Of a stretch of 64,000 nucleotides of DNA, positions 21,903 through 35,319 are shown one piece after another. The notes beneath the pieces were generated by a model. It saw only the letters and a program-made list of their open reading frames with translations. It made no database searches and had not been told where the DNA came from. The stretch is from Macrostomum lignano (taxonomy: Eukaryota). Positions within the stretch are counted from its first letter, which is position 1. The number at the start of each line of letters is the position of its first letter. The translations under genes were made by a program, and so were the position numbers. The stretch spans positions 1 to 64,000 of the forward strand of contig NIVC01001931.1 in assembly GCA_002269645.1 (NCBI GenBank), given 5' to 3'.

Positions 21903-22957
21903 CCCCAAGGGTGTGAATGTACAGCGAATAACGAAGGGGAATTGGACTGAAACTGAAATACTTACTGTACATACTAATTTGGCAATATAATTATTTTTGT
22001 GCGCCCATTTTATGTCACTTATCTCTGAGTCATAAACACATCTTAGATTTGAGAAAATGCACACGTGCCAGCTTTTTAATGTTGAAAAAAATTATGGCGC
22101 TGATTTGCTGGTTCAGTTGGCTTGGGTTACGTGCACGTTAAAATCACGAAAGCTAGCTACACTATTTTTCCTTTGATTTAGACTCTAGTTACGCGATGAA
22201 CAATACTGCAAGCCTTGAGTTCGCATCGCAATCTCGGATTCGAGCGAATATTCGGGGATTTGAAATATATACCTTCAAATATTAATATTGATTGTTTATT
22301 ATTGTACAGGTGCAACGTATTATTCTTCAAGACACGAATGTCATAAAATTGTAATTATATAACGAAAAAAGTTGCATCACGGGATTCCAAGATCACAAAA
22401 TCCTACAATCATAAATATCATACAATACCCGCACACGGCGCACATGGATACTAGTGTTGAATCTCATATCCTAAAACCTTACTCAAGCAGACTGATCCCT
22501 ACAGTGAGGAGGCGCGTGACAGCTGAACAGATTAATTTAATCAAAATCAATTCTGCTTGACTATTGATTAGAAAGTGTGCAGACACAGCAGGCTATTTTT
22601 TAAGAATATCTATAGCTTTCTCTTTTTAATTTCATGCCTATTAGTCTAATTACGTCCCAAAAATCGTTATGATACTGAATTGCCATGCTGTTTATACCCA
22701 GATCCTCTGCATCTCGTTTCCCCTGCTGTGCAACTTACCCACTGTCTTAAAATTAATACCTGAGCTCCAGCCCGAACTGGGAAAAAGCTTCTTTATGGAT
22801 TTTGCGATCACATAAACAACTTTGGGGGCAAGTCAACTATTTCGTTGCCTTACGCGGGAAACCCATGCAGTAAAAGCAGAACTCGTAAAGCTTACTAAGA
22901 ATAGCACAGCAGCTGTCAACTGGTTCAGCACAGATATAAATACACAAATTTTCAGCA

Positions 22958-24052
22958 CACGAAACTGACACAAAACTGCACGAAACTGACACGAAACTGA
23001 CACGAAACTGCACGAAACTGACACGAAACTGCACGAAACTGACACAAAACTGCACGAAACTGACACGAAACTGACACGAAACTGCACGAAACTGACACAA
23101 AACTGCACGAAACTGACACAAAACTGCACGAAACTGACACGAAACTGACACGAAACTGCACGAAACTGACACGAAACTGCACGAAACTGCACGAAACTGA
23201 CACGAAACTGCACGAAACTGACACGAAACTGCACGAAACTGCACGAAACTGACACGAAACTGACACGAAACTGCACGAAACTGCACGAAACTGCACGAAA
23301 CTGACACGAAACTGCACGAAACTGCACGAAACTGACACGAAACTGCACGAAACTGACATGAACTTGCACGAACTGCACGAAACTGCACGAAACTGACACG
23401 AAACTGCACGAAACTGCACGAAACTGCACGAAACTGCACGAAACTGCACGAAACTGCACGAAACTGCACGAAACTGACACGAAACTGACACGAAACTGCA
23501 CGAAACTGACACGAAACTGACACGAAACTGCACGAAACTGACACGAAACTGCACGAAACTGCACGAACTGACACGAAACTGCACGAACTGACACGAAACT
23601 GCACGAAACTGACACGAAACTGACACGAAACTGCACGAAACTGACACGAAACTGCACGAAACTGCACGAACTGACACGAAACTGCACGAACTGACACGAA
23701 ACTGCACGAAACTGCACGAAATTGCACGAAACTGACACGAAACTGCACGAAATTGCACGAAACTGCACGAACTGACACGAAACTGCACGAAATTGCACGA
23801 ACTGACACGAAACTGCACAAACTGACACGAAACTGCACGAAACTGCACGAAATTGCACGAACTGACACGAAACTGCACGAAACTGCACGAAATTGCACGA
23901 AACTGACACGAACTTGCATGAACTGCACGAAACTGCACGAACTGACACGAAACTGCACGAAACTGACACGAAACTGCACGAAACTGACACGAACTTGCAT
24001 GAACTGCACGAAACTGCACGAACTGACACGAAACTGCATGAAATTTCACGAA
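22958..24052. repeat. 10/11-bp satellite (CACGAAACTG[A]) upstream of the GPCR
   Basis: About 1.1 kb of mixed 10- and 11-bp units. Confidence 0.95.
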
Positions 24053-24351
24053 ACTGATTTGGTCAGATTGAGTTGGCGCACCTCACTCTATAGTTGCACT
24101 ACTCGTACTAGCGCCTATCCCAGATCCCACTTCCTTGTTCTAGGACATGTTTTCCTAGAATTTGTTTTGCACCTTAAGCTAGGATTGCTCAAACGGAAGT
24201 GTGAGCAGAGAATAGGAAGGGGAAGAACGAAGATGGTGCTGCAGATTTTCATTGGCCGTGACCCTCAGAGCCTCGCTGTCCAATGCCACTTAATCTGCCC
24301 TATGCTGCATAAAATAGACGGCAACCATCGGCACGAACAGTCAACGCCAAG

Positions 24352-25509
24352 ATGCCAGCCGCCATTCAGCTAATAAACCAGACTTCCGTTGATTCGTCAA
24401 AAAGCGATCACGCCATGGAAGTTGAAGCGCCGCTGGAGGAGACGGTGCCATGGGCGCTGACCTTGGGGGCCACCGTCGCGGCACTGTGCACGAACATCTT
24501 CCTGCTGACGGCGCTCATCAGGGGCGGCCCGGTTGGGGCCTCTCGCAACAAGGGCCACAGCCTGCTGGTGCTGACAGCCACGGAGATCGCCCTTACCCTG
24601 TTCTTCAGCGTGCATCTGATGCTGCACCGGTTCAACTGGCCCCTGCAGCGCGGCACGCTGGAGTCCGGTTTCCACACGCTGCACACCGTGCGCAACGGCT
24701 GGCTGCTGGTGCTCACCTCCTGCCGTACCTTCGCCGTGGTTCGCCCGCTGCGCAGCCGGCCGGACTGGTTCAACTGGCGCCAGCAGATCCTGGCCATGCT
24801 GATCATCACCGGCCTGTCGGTCGCTCTCGTGTTCGCCAGCAGAGCCCTGACCACCCCGGAAGCAGCGAACGTTCCTACATCGGGGACAGCGGCGGCGGCA
24901 GCGGAAACAAAAACAGCTGGCGATTGGCCGAAGCTGGCCATCACGGCCACGCCGGATCCGGCTGCCGGCCCGCTGATGATGACGGCGGCGAACGCCACGC
25001 TGATCAGCCTCGCCGCGTTCCGCGAGCAGATCCGACCGCTCATGCTGAGCTTCGCCAGCGTCGCGCTGTTCGGCACGCTGCTGCCCGGCACCGGCGTGTT
25101 CTGCCTGGGCTGCCGCATGGCCTGGGCGCTGCGCAGGCAGACCTTCCAGCACAAATCGTCGCGCCGCTCCTGCAAGATGGTCCTGCTGCTGTCATTTGGC
25201 TTCGTCGGATTCGAATTCCCGTTCGCCGCAATGCAGATCGGCAGCGTGGCCTACATGCTGTGCTACCCGTTCGAGACGCTGTTAGACCTGCAGCCGGTGG
25301 TCCTCCGTCTGGACACCGTGACCGCCTGGAGTCTGCTGTGCGTTCCGCTCGACTCCTGCCTGAACTTCATCGTGCTGATGGCCTACAGCCGGACATTCCG
25401 GGCCAGTCTGCAGCGGTTGAAGCGTCGCAAGCTGCCCGCCAGACGGTCGCCGAGACCGTCAGCTACGGACAGCGCGTCGAAGCGACTGCAGGCCGTCACC
25501 TGCGTCTGA
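24352..25509 (+). CDS. Intronless divergent class A (rhodopsin-like) GPCR, orphan/peptide-receptor-like, 385 aa
   Basis: Seven hydrophobic segments. TM1 Asn (CTN), TM2 LTATE, TM3 end SCRTFAVVRP (DRY-equivalent), TM6 GFEFP, TM7 DSCLNFIV, helix 8 SRTFRASL, N-terminal NQT sequon. GC3-rich codons and an intact ORF. Confidence 0.85.
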   Translation: MPAAIQLINQTSVDSSKSDHAMEVEAPLEETVPWALTLGATVAALCTNIFLLTALIRGGPVGASRNKGHSLLVLTATEIALTLFFSVHLMLHRFNWPLQRGTLESGFHTLHTVRNGWLLVLTSCRTFAVVRPLRSRPDWFNWRQQILAMLIITGLSVALVFASRALTTPEAANVPTSGTAAAAAETKTAGDWPKLAITATPDPAAGPLMMTAANATLISLAAFREQIRPLMLSFASVALFGTLLPGTGVFCLGCRMAWALRRQTFQHKSSRRSCKMVLLLSFGFVGFEFPFAAMQIGSVAYMLCYPFETLLDLQPVVLRLDTVTAWSLLCVPLDSCLNFIVLMAYSRTFRASLQRLKRRKLPARRSPRPSATDSASKRLQAVTCV

Positions 25510-26619
25510 GCTCGTCCCGATGCTCTTGTGACTCATGTTGATCTCAACGGATCAGAGAGGCGAGGCTCAGGCTACACAGAAGCAAGCGGGATTCTCTGTG
25601 AGATTCTCAAGGATTAGCTTTATGAAATAATTTTATATTTAAGAAAGATTAATTGGATTAAACAGAAAACATGACAAATTAAATCAAGTTATAATTGTCA
25701 GCAGTAATTTCGATTGAATGTTATACTTGTACTAACTCTTGCCGTTAGCATATTTGTGAGTAAAAGCGAGTCAAGCGACCTTAAAAGCGAAGACAGCATG
25801 CAGCTGCTTGACTCAGTTGGCGCTTTAACCAACAGGCGCGCCCTGTAGCAATGCTTGTTGCTAAGCACAGCAAAATGTTTTTTATCAAAAAGTTTTCAAA
25901 CTCCCAAGCCTCCGCTTGGGGATAAAAAACCTCCCAAAAAGCATCCCAAAATCTATATGTTCGCCCCAAATACGCTCGTAATTATTTTTGTCAATTTGTT
26001 TCGCCAATTGTCTGTCACGCAAAGTCCTGCTTTTGTCAAGTTGGCAGTTCGGTGCAGTTTTACAGTCGGATTATGCGCGGCTTTCTTCTGCTTTCGCTGA
26101 GCAATAGTTGTCCCAGACGGCTTCACCTGCGCTCGAAGTTGTACTTTTGTGTTTCAATATTTTTCTAACCGCTTCTTTACTCGCAGATTGGTGAGTCTTT
26201 AAGCTTTTAAAGGCACTTTTAAACCTCGCTCACGCGTGAAAAACCTCTCTTTGTTGGCTTCAGTTAGTAATGGATCGCTACTTTCAACAGCATTAGCGCG
26301 CTTTGCCCGGAACAAGTTGTGCGTGCAAATCCCGTACACTAAATCGCCTCCTGCAGACTCATCGGTATTTTCCTATGCCTGTGCCATATTTGCCCATTAA
26401 AACTTGCACTGAGTTGAAATTCTGGACTTGCAGCTTTTTGTAAAATTGTATTTTTCTCCAACTTATCAAGAAAATAGATCGGTGTTGAAAGCTTCGTGTT
26501 TTGGTCCGCTTCGTGGCATTAAACGGGTGTCACAATCTCATTGCCGCTTTCTTGATTTGGTCACGGATGGAACTTCGAACTTGGCGGCCACAAGAATAGG
26601 GGAGCGGCGCCGATATGAG

Positions 26620-26890
26620 GGGCGCCAAATTTGCTGAGGGGCGCAAAATTTGGTGAGGGGCGCTGGATTTGGTGAGGGCGCTGGATTTGGTGAGGGCGCT
26701 GGATTTGGTGAGGGCGCTGGATTTGGTGAGGGGCGCCGAATTTGGTGAGGGGCGCCGAATTTGGTGAGGGGCGCTGAATTTGGTGAGGGGCGCCACATTT
26801 GGTAAGAGGCGCTATAGTTGGTGAGACTGCGCCACATTTGGTAAGAGGCGCCAAAGTTGGTGAGCGGGCGCCACATTTGGTAAGAGCCGC
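26620..26890. repeat. 18-20-bp GGCGC-containing degenerate repeat
   Basis: GAGGGCGCTGGATTTGGT and GAGGGGCGCCGAATTTGGT units. Confidence 0.8.
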
Positions 26891-27540
26891 TATCGAGTGA
26901 GCATATTCTGACGCCAAATTTAACAAACATTTTTTCTACCAATAGCCGCTGAAAACCTGCAGTTGATGCACGGGAGGGATTCTGGGTCGAGGTGCAAGAG
27001 GTGCAGATCAACCAAAGCCGGAAACAGTCCGGGTTTTCAGCGCATAGGCGCTCATGTTTATAGCTACCGAGTCTATCTACATTGTGTAGTCGTACACGAG
27101 ACTGATGTAATTACTATTATTAGAGTTCTTCAGCATCTAATCAGATGAAAGCCCCTGACGCCGAAACTTTCTACAGCAAAGAAAATATTTTAGAATTTTC
27201 CTGTCCTATATCTATGCTCCATTTATCAACCTACAGTAGCTATAAGTTCCGAACAGTGAAGAGTGAATGGCTACTCGTAGTCTTAGTAGCTGCTAGGCAA
27301 TTGAAAATGTCTCCAGAGAAGAGCGACAGGTTGACCCTTCGAGCAAGGCAAATCCAACAATGGCATGTGTTGTGAGCAGCCATTCTTCTGGCCGGTCTCG
27401 TTCACTCTAGCTCCATCCTTTGCCGCAAGGTCGCATTATTTTAACTAACATTTGTTTCATTTGTCGGCGGTGTGTGTATCTACCATTAAGTTGAATAGCA
27501 GCAGTCTGAGTCAGCGACAGTCTGGCTGGGTGGCGTTGAT

Positions 27541-30500
27541 CTGACTTTGCTCTGATAGCGTGTTTTGGCTATTGACTTTACACTGATAGCGTGTTTTGGC
27601 TACTGACTTTACACTGATAGCGTGTTTTGGCTACTGACTTTACTCTGATAGCGTGTTTTGGCTACTGACTTTACTCTGATAGCGTGTTTTGGCTACTGAC
27701 TTTACACTGATAGCGTGTTTTGGCTACTGACTTTACTCTGATAGCGTGTTTTGGCTACTGACTTTACTCTGATAGCGTGTTTTGGCTACTGACTTTACTC
27801 TGATAGCGTGTTTTGGCTACTGACTTTACACTGATAGCGTGTTTTGGCTACTGACTTTACTCTGATAGCGTGTTTTGGCTACTGACTTTACTCTGATAGC
27901 GTGTTTTGGCTACTGACTTTACTCTGATAGCGTGTTTTGGCTACTGACTTTACACTGATAGCGTGTTTTGGCTACTGACTTTACTCTGATAGCGTGTTTT
28001 GGCTACTGACTTTACTCTGATAGCGTGTTTTGGCTACTGACTTTACACTGATAGCGTGTTTTGGCTACTGACTTTACTCTGATAGCGTGTTTTGGCTACT
28101 GACTTTACTCTGATAGCGTGTTTTGGCTACTGACTTTACACTGATAGCGTGTTTTGGCTACTGACTTTACTCTGATAGCGTGTTTTGGCTACTGACTTTA
28201 CACTGATAGCGTGTTTTGGCTACTGACTTTACTCTGATAGCGTGTTTTGGCTACTGACTTTACACTGATAGCGTGTTTTGGCTACTGACTTTACACTGAT
28301 AGCGTGTTTTGGCTACTGACTTTACTCTGATAGCGTGTTTTGGCTACTGACTTTACACTGATAGCGTGTTTTGGCTACTGACTTTACTCTGATAGCGTGT
28401 TTTGGCTACTGACTTTACACTGATAGCGTGTTTTGGCTACTGACTTTACTCTGATAGCGTGTTTTGGCTACTGACTTTACTCTGATAGCGTGTTTTGGCT
28501 ACTGACTTTACACTGATAGCGTGTTTTGGCTACTGACTTTACACTGATAGCGTGTTTTGGCTACTGACTTTACTCTGATAGCGTGTTTTGGCTACTGACT
28601 TTACTCTGATAGCGTGTTTTGGCTATGACTTCGCACTGATAGCGAGTTTTGGCTATTGACTTTCGCACTGATAGCGTGTTTTGGCTACTGACTTTACACT
28701 GATAGCGTGTTTTGGCTACTGACTTTACTCTGATAGCGTGTTTTGGCTACTGACTTTACTCTGATAGCGTGTTTTGGCTACTGACTTTACTCTGATAGCG
28801 TGTTTTGGCTACTGACTTTACACTGATAGCGTGTTTTGGCTACTGACTTTACTCTGATAGCGTGTTTTGGCTACTGACTTTACTCTGATAGCGTGTTTTG
28901 GCTACTGACTTTACTCTGATAGCGTGTTTTGGCTACTGACTTTACACTGATAGCGTGTTTTGGCTACTGACTTTACTCTGATAGCGTGTTTTGGCTACTG
29001 ACTTTACTCTGATAGCGTGTTTTGGCTACTGACTTTACTCTGATAGCGTGTTTTGGCTACTGACTTTACACTGATAGCGTGTTTTGGCTACTGACTTTAC
29101 TCTGATAGCGTGTTTTGGCTACTGACTTTACTCTGATAGCGTGTTTTGGCTACTGACTTTACACTGATAGCGTGTTTTGGCTACTGACTTTACTCTGATA
29201 GCGTGTTTTGGCTACTGACTTTACACTGATAGCGTGTTTTGGCTACTGACTTTACTCTGATAGCGTGTTTTGGCTACTGACTTTACACTGATAGCGTGTT
29301 TTGGCTACTGACTTTACACTGATAGCGTGTTTTGGCTACTGACTTTACTCTGATAGCGTGTTTTGGCTACTGACTTTACACTGATAGCGTGTTTTGGCTA
29401 CTGACTTTACTCTGATAGCGTGTTTTGGCTACTGACTTTACACTGATAGCGTGTTTTGGCTACTGACTTTACTCTGATAGCGTGTTTTGGCTACTGACTT
29501 TACTCTGATAGCGTGTTTTGGCTACTGACTTTACACTGATAGCGTGTTTTGGCTACTGACTTTACACTGATAGCGTGTTTTGGCTACTGACTTTACTCTG
29601 ATAGCGTGTTTTGGCTACTGACTTTACTCTGATAGCGTGTTTTGGCTATTGACTTCGCACTGATAGCGTGTTTTGGCTACTGACTTTACACTGATAGCGT
29701 GTTTTGGCTACTGACTTTACACTGATAGCGTGTTTTGGCTACTGACTTTACTCTGATAGCGTGTTTTGGCTACTGACTTTACACTGATAGCGTGTTTTGG
29801 CTACTGACTTTACACTGATAGCGTGTTTTGGCTACTGACTTTACACTGATAGCGTGTTTTGGCTACTGACTTTACACTGATAGCGTGTTTTGGCTACTGA
29901 CTTTACTCTGATAGCGTGTTTTGGCTATTGACTTCGCACTGATAGCGTGTTTTGGCTACTGACTTTACTCTGATAGCGTGTTTTGGCTACTGACTTTACT
30001 CTGATAGCGTGTTTTGGCTACTGACTTTACTCTGATAGCGTGTTTTGGCTACTGACTTTACTCTGATAGCGTGTTTTGGCTACTGACTTTACACTGATAG
30101 CGTGTTTTGGCTACTGACTTTACACTGATAGCGTGTTTTGGCTACTGACTTTACACTGATAGCGTGTTTTGGCTACTGACTTTACTCTGATAGCGTGTTT
30201 TGGCTACTGACTTTACACTGATAGCGTGTTTTGGCTACTGACTTTACTCTGATAGCGTGTTTTGGCTACTGACTTTACTGATAGCGTGTTTTGGCTACTG
30301 ACTTTACTCTGATAGCGTGTTTTGGCTACTGACTTTACTCTGATAGCGTGTTTTGGCTACTGACTTTACACTGATAGCGTGTTTTGGCTACTGACTTTAC
30401 TCTGATAGCGTGTTTTGGCTACTGACTTTACTCTGATAGCGTGTTTTGGCTACTGACTTTACACTGATAGCGTGTTTTGGCTACTGACTTTACTCTGATA

Positions 30501-33093
30501 GCGTGTTTTGGCTACTGACTTTACTCTGATAGCGTGTTTTGGCTACTGACTTTACACTGATAGCGTGTTTTGGCTACTGACTTTACTCTGATAGCGTGTT
30601 TTGGCTACTGACTTTACTCTGATAGCGTGTTTTGGCTACTGACTTTACTCTGATAGCGTGTTTTGGCTACTGACTTTACTCTGATAGCGTGTTTTGGCTA
30701 CTGACTTTACTCTGATAGCGTGTTTTGGCTACTGACTTTACTCTGATAGCGTGTTTTGGCTACTGACTTTACTCTGATAGCGTGTTTTGGCTACTGACTT
30801 TACTCTGATAGCGTGTTTTGGCTACTGACTTTACACTGATAGCGTGTTTTGGCTACTGACTTTACACTGATAGCGTGTTTTGGCTACTGACTTTACTCTG
30901 ATAGCGTGTTTTGGCTACTGACTTTACACTGATAGCGTGTTTTGGCTACTGACTTTACACTGATAGCGTGTTTTGGCTACTGACTTTACACTGATAGCGT
31001 GTTTTGGCTACTGACTTTACACTGATAGCGTGTTTTGGCTACTGACTTTACACTGATAGCGTGTTTTGGCTACTGACTTTACTCTGATAGCGTGTTTTGG
31101 CTACTGACTTTACACTGATAGCGTGTTTTGGCTACTGACTTTACTCTGATAGCGTGTTTTGGCTACTGACTTTACACTGATAGCGTGTTTTGGCTACTGA
31201 CTTTACTCTGATAGCGTGTTTTGGCTACTGACTTTACTCTGATAGCGTGTTTTGGCTACTGACTTTACACTGATAGCGTGTTTTGGCTACTGACTTTACT
31301 CTGATAGCGTGTTTTGGCTACTGACTTTACTCTGATAGCGTGTTTTGGCTACTGACTTTACACTGATAGCGTGTTTTGGCTACTGACTTTACTCTGATAG
31401 CGTGTTTTGGCTACTGACTTTACTCTGATAGCGTGTTTTGGCTACTGACTTTACTCTGATAGCGTGTTTTGGCTACTGACTTTACTCTGATAGCGTGTTT
31501 TGGCTACTGACTTTACTCTGATAGCGTGTTTTGGCTACTGACTTTACTCTGATAGCGTGTTTTGGCTACTGACTTTACTCTGATAGCGTGTTTTGGCTAT
31601 TGACTTCGCACTGATAGCGTGTTTTGGCTACTGACTTTCGCACTGATAGCGTGTTTTGGCTACTGACTTTACACTGATAGCGTGTTTTGGCTACTGACTT
31701 TACTCTGATAGCGTGTTTTGGCTACTGACTTTACTCTGATAGCGTGTTTTGGCTACTGACTTTACACTGATAGCGTGTTTTGGCTACTGACTTTACACTG
31801 ATAGCGTGTTTTGGCTACTGACTTTACACTGATAGCGTGTTTTGGCTACTGACTTTACTCTGATAGCGTGTTTTGGCTACTGACTTTACTCTGATAGCGT
31901 GTTTTGGCTATTGACTTCGCACTGATAGCGTGTTTTGGCTACTGACTTTACTCTGATAGCGTGTTTTGGCTACTGACTTTACTCTGATAGCGTGTTTTGG
32001 CTACTGACTTTACTCTGATAGCGTGTTTTGGCTACTGACTTTACTCTGATAGCGTGTTTTGGCTACTGACTTTACTCTGATAGCGTGTTTTGGCTACTGA
32101 CTTTACTCTGATAGCGTGTTTTGGCTACTGACTTTACACTGATAGCGTGTTTTGGCTACTGACTTTACACTGATAGCGTGTTTTGGCTACTGACTTTACA
32201 CTGATAGCGTGTTTTGGCTACTGACTTTACTCTGATAGCGTGTTTTGGCTACTGACTTTACACTGATAGCGTGTTTTGGCTACTGACTTTACTCTGATAG
32301 CGTGTTTTGGCTATTGACTTCGCACTGATAGCGTGTTTTGGCTACTGACTTTACTCTGATAGCGTGTTTTGGCTACTGACTTTACTCTGATAGCGTGTTT
32401 TGGCTACTGACTTTACACTGATAGCGTGTTTTGGCTACTGACTTTACTCTGATAGCGTGTTTTGGCTACTGACTTTACTCTGATAGCGTGTTTTGGCTAC
32501 TGACTTTACACTGATAGCGTGTTTTGGCTACTGACTTTACTCTGATAGCGTGTTTTGGCTACTGACTTTACTCTGATAGCGTGTTTTGGCTACTGACTTT
32601 ACTCTGATAGCGTGTTTTGGCTACTGACTTTACTCTGATAGCGTGTTTTGGCTACTGACTTTACTCTGATAGCGTGTTTTGGCTACTGACTTTGCTCTGA
32701 TAGCGTGTTTTGGCTACTGACTTTGCTCTGATAGCGTGTTTTGGCTACTGACTTTACTCTGATAGCGTGTTTTGGCTACTGACTTTACTCTGATAGCGTG
32801 TTTTGGCTACTGACTTTACTCTGATAGCGTGTTTTGGCTACTGACTTTACACTGATAGCGTGTTTTGGCTACTGACTTTACACTGATAGCGTGTTTTGGC
32901 TACTGACTTTACTCTGATAGCGTGTTTTGGCTATTGACTTTACACTGATAGCGTGTTTTGGCTACTGACTTTACACTGATAGCGTGTTTTGGCTACTGAC
33001 TTTACACTGATAGCGTGTTTTGGCTACTGACTTTACTCTGATAGCGTGTTTTGGCTACTGACTTTACTCTGATAGCGTGTTTTGGCCACTGAC
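27541..33093. repeat. 5.5 kb 31-bp satellite (CTGATAGCGTGTTTTGGCTACTGACTTTAC[A/T])
   Basis: About 179 nearly identical copies, differing mainly at one A/T position. Confidence 0.98.
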
Positions 33094-33732
33094 TCATTCA
33101 TTTCGGTGCTTTTTTAGCTGTTCAGGTGATAGTGAATTCTTCTGGTCTAAGAACGATTAACAAGAAGGCGACATGACAAAAGAACGCAAAAACATGAAGA
33201 ACTGTTTTTCCATTTTCGTATTTGAGTAAATAAAAATGAACACATGACACATTCGTCAGTAGCCTGTTTGTATTTGAGTAGAAAAGTTTGTTAAGCAAAA
33301 GCGACACACAAAAAGTGACTGACATAATTATCAATGCCCATAGAAACGTGGCTGACATAAAACTAAGCGCACACAAGCATGCTGTAACTAGCTAGTGAGT
33401 AAATCAAAATGCCAGCACCCTGCGCTGCTGCTGCCAAAAAGTAATGCAGATGCCCGTTTAGTCTGTCAGTTATGCTTACACATTTATTGAATAGTGAGAC
33501 ACATTTTAGGCAAAATAGTCAGCTGAATGAACTCATGTAACGGATAAGCAACAGCTTGGCTTGGATAACCAGAACAGGTGGCGTGTCGCTGAGCAGTCCA
33601 CACAGACAATTAGCAAAGGAAAGCACACGGACAAGGAGAGAGGGGCAGGCCGGAGGGAGTAGCGATGGCCTGCACTGCAGCAAGCTGGAGGTAGGGAGCG
33701 CCAAGCCGAGGCTTAGGAATTTAACTAATCCG

Positions 33733-34597
33733 TCAAGTGCTGCTGCATCCCTGGCTCAGCAGGTGCTCGGCTGCTCGCTCCGGGTTCCACAGGTGCATCG
33801 ATAGGGCGACTCGACATTCGTGCTGGAAAATAAAAAAATGATACTTGGGTGCAGGCAAGATGGCCGTTGCTCTGATTAATAGCCATTTACCTACTTTGAT
33901 ACTTTAAGGTAGTTCAATTTAGCGCCAACTGAAGTTACATAGGGGAGGGGAACCCCAACAGTCTAAAAATATAGAGAGAATACGTGTCTAAAAATAGACA
34001 CGAACAGGGAATTACACCAATCTAAAAATAGAAACATCATAGAGAACGGAAATCCACAAACAAACGAACCTCGGAGAATCCCATCTGCTGGAGCGCCGCA
34101 ACCTTCCTGGTCAGCTCCGGCTCCCTGTCCGGCGCGTTAGCGTAGGCGGCAGCCCAGTGGCGCGCAGTGGCCAGAAAGATGTCGTGCCGCTCCCTGAACT
34201 GGCTGGCCACCACGGCGTCCTGTGGATCGTCGGGCTCGGCACAGGCCAGCAGGGCCTGCAGGGACAGCAGCACGGTGCGCAGAGTCATGGCGGCGGCCCA
34301 CTGGTCCTTGAGAATGTCCAGACAGATGGCGCCAGTCACTGAGCTGATGTTGGGGTGCCAGATTCTGGTGACGAATTTCACAATGGGAGGCGAGAACGGG
34401 TAATTGTCGGGGATGCGGATCTCCAGCTGGAAGCGGCCCTGATCGTAGGGCGTGTCGGGCGGCCCGACGATTTCGCCGCGCAGCTCGCGGAGCGACTCGG
34501 CGGCCGGGAGGACGCGGATCTGGTGGCTGGTGATCTCCTTGCTGGTCATGACCTCCTTGAACTCGCGCCGGATTCGCTGGTCGGCTATGCTGGTCAT
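33733..34597 (-). CDS. UBE2K: Ubiquitin-conjugating enzyme E2 K (E2-25K/HIP2) with C-terminal UBA domain, 205 aa, 2 exons
   Basis: Exon 1 is 34597-34070 (MTSIADQRIRREFKEV...HPNISSVTGAICLDILKDQWAAAMTLRTVLLSLQALL...EPDDPQDAVVA, with the catalytic Cys). A phase-0 intron precedes exon 2, 33822-33733 (HECRVALSMHLWNPERAAEHLL, UBA). Confidence 0.95.
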
Positions 34598-34616
34598 GGC
34601 GGCTTGGGACTGAAAA
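34598..34616 (-). promoter_or_regulatory. 3' splice acceptor (TTTTCAG) 12 nt upstream of the UBE2K ATG; candidate trans-splice site
   Basis: The minus strand reads GGCTTTTCAG|TCCCAAGCCGCC ATG. Two AATAAA hexamers lie on the minus strand at 34899-34904 and 34931-34936. Confidence 0.45.
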
Positions 34617-35319
34617 GCCAGGGGGTCATTGAGGGCATTTCAGGGCAGCGGACGCAGTGCGACCAGCCTGTTGGGACTCGGGAGCCACAAGTACTGGGGA
34701 GTTCTGATAGTAATGAATGAGCTCAGCTTGTGACTGAGAGTTCAGGCAGCAGTGGGGAGTTCAGGTAGCAGTGGGGACAATATAAATTTCCCAGGAGCAC
34801 CTTAAATCCTTCAGCCCAAATTAGAAGGTAATTACATGTATGAAAAGTAAATAAGAAAGGAAAAGTATTGCAAGCATACGCAGTTCATATCAGCCAATTT
34901 TATTCTATCAGTAATCAGACTATCAATACTTTTATTCATAATAAATTACTAAGAATTTCACTAGGACACATGGACAACAAATACATAACAGTTGTGGACT
35001 TACTGTCACTTACATAAGATTCGACTGTCATTACTAAGGTGCCAACGCAAATACGATAAACAGCGCACGGGTGAGCAAAGCCGCTGCACTTTAGCGATCG
35101 ATATTCGACAAAGAATTTTCCAGAAAAAAGTACAAACCCAAAACCCTACACCCACGCCCTGCTCGCATGATTGCCTTGTCTATGAAATCCGATTGCTCAC
35201 GAAAGCTTTTTACAGTTACTGGGATCAAGCTGCAGCCAGTGCTCAAGGCTTCATCTATCTATATAGCATTAGCCAGAGCAGGTCTAATCTGATAAATTCC
35301 CTGGGATCACCTGCGACTG

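Noticed and set aside
18031-24373. ORFs such as HPFYQTGTHSIKLAP... and VSCSFVQFRA...
   Set aside because: Artefacts of the 20-bp and 10/11-bp satellites. The unit lengths are not multiples of three and there are no unique coding flanks.
24397-25541. Long alternative-frame and antisense ORFs over the GPCR
   Set aside because: Expected shadow ORFs of GC3-rich coding sequence. Only the 24352 frame gives a coherent 7TM protein.
27541-33093. Possible CRISPR-like array (31-bp repeat)
   Set aside because: Units are directly head-to-tail with no unique spacers, there are no cas genes, and the context is eukaryotic.
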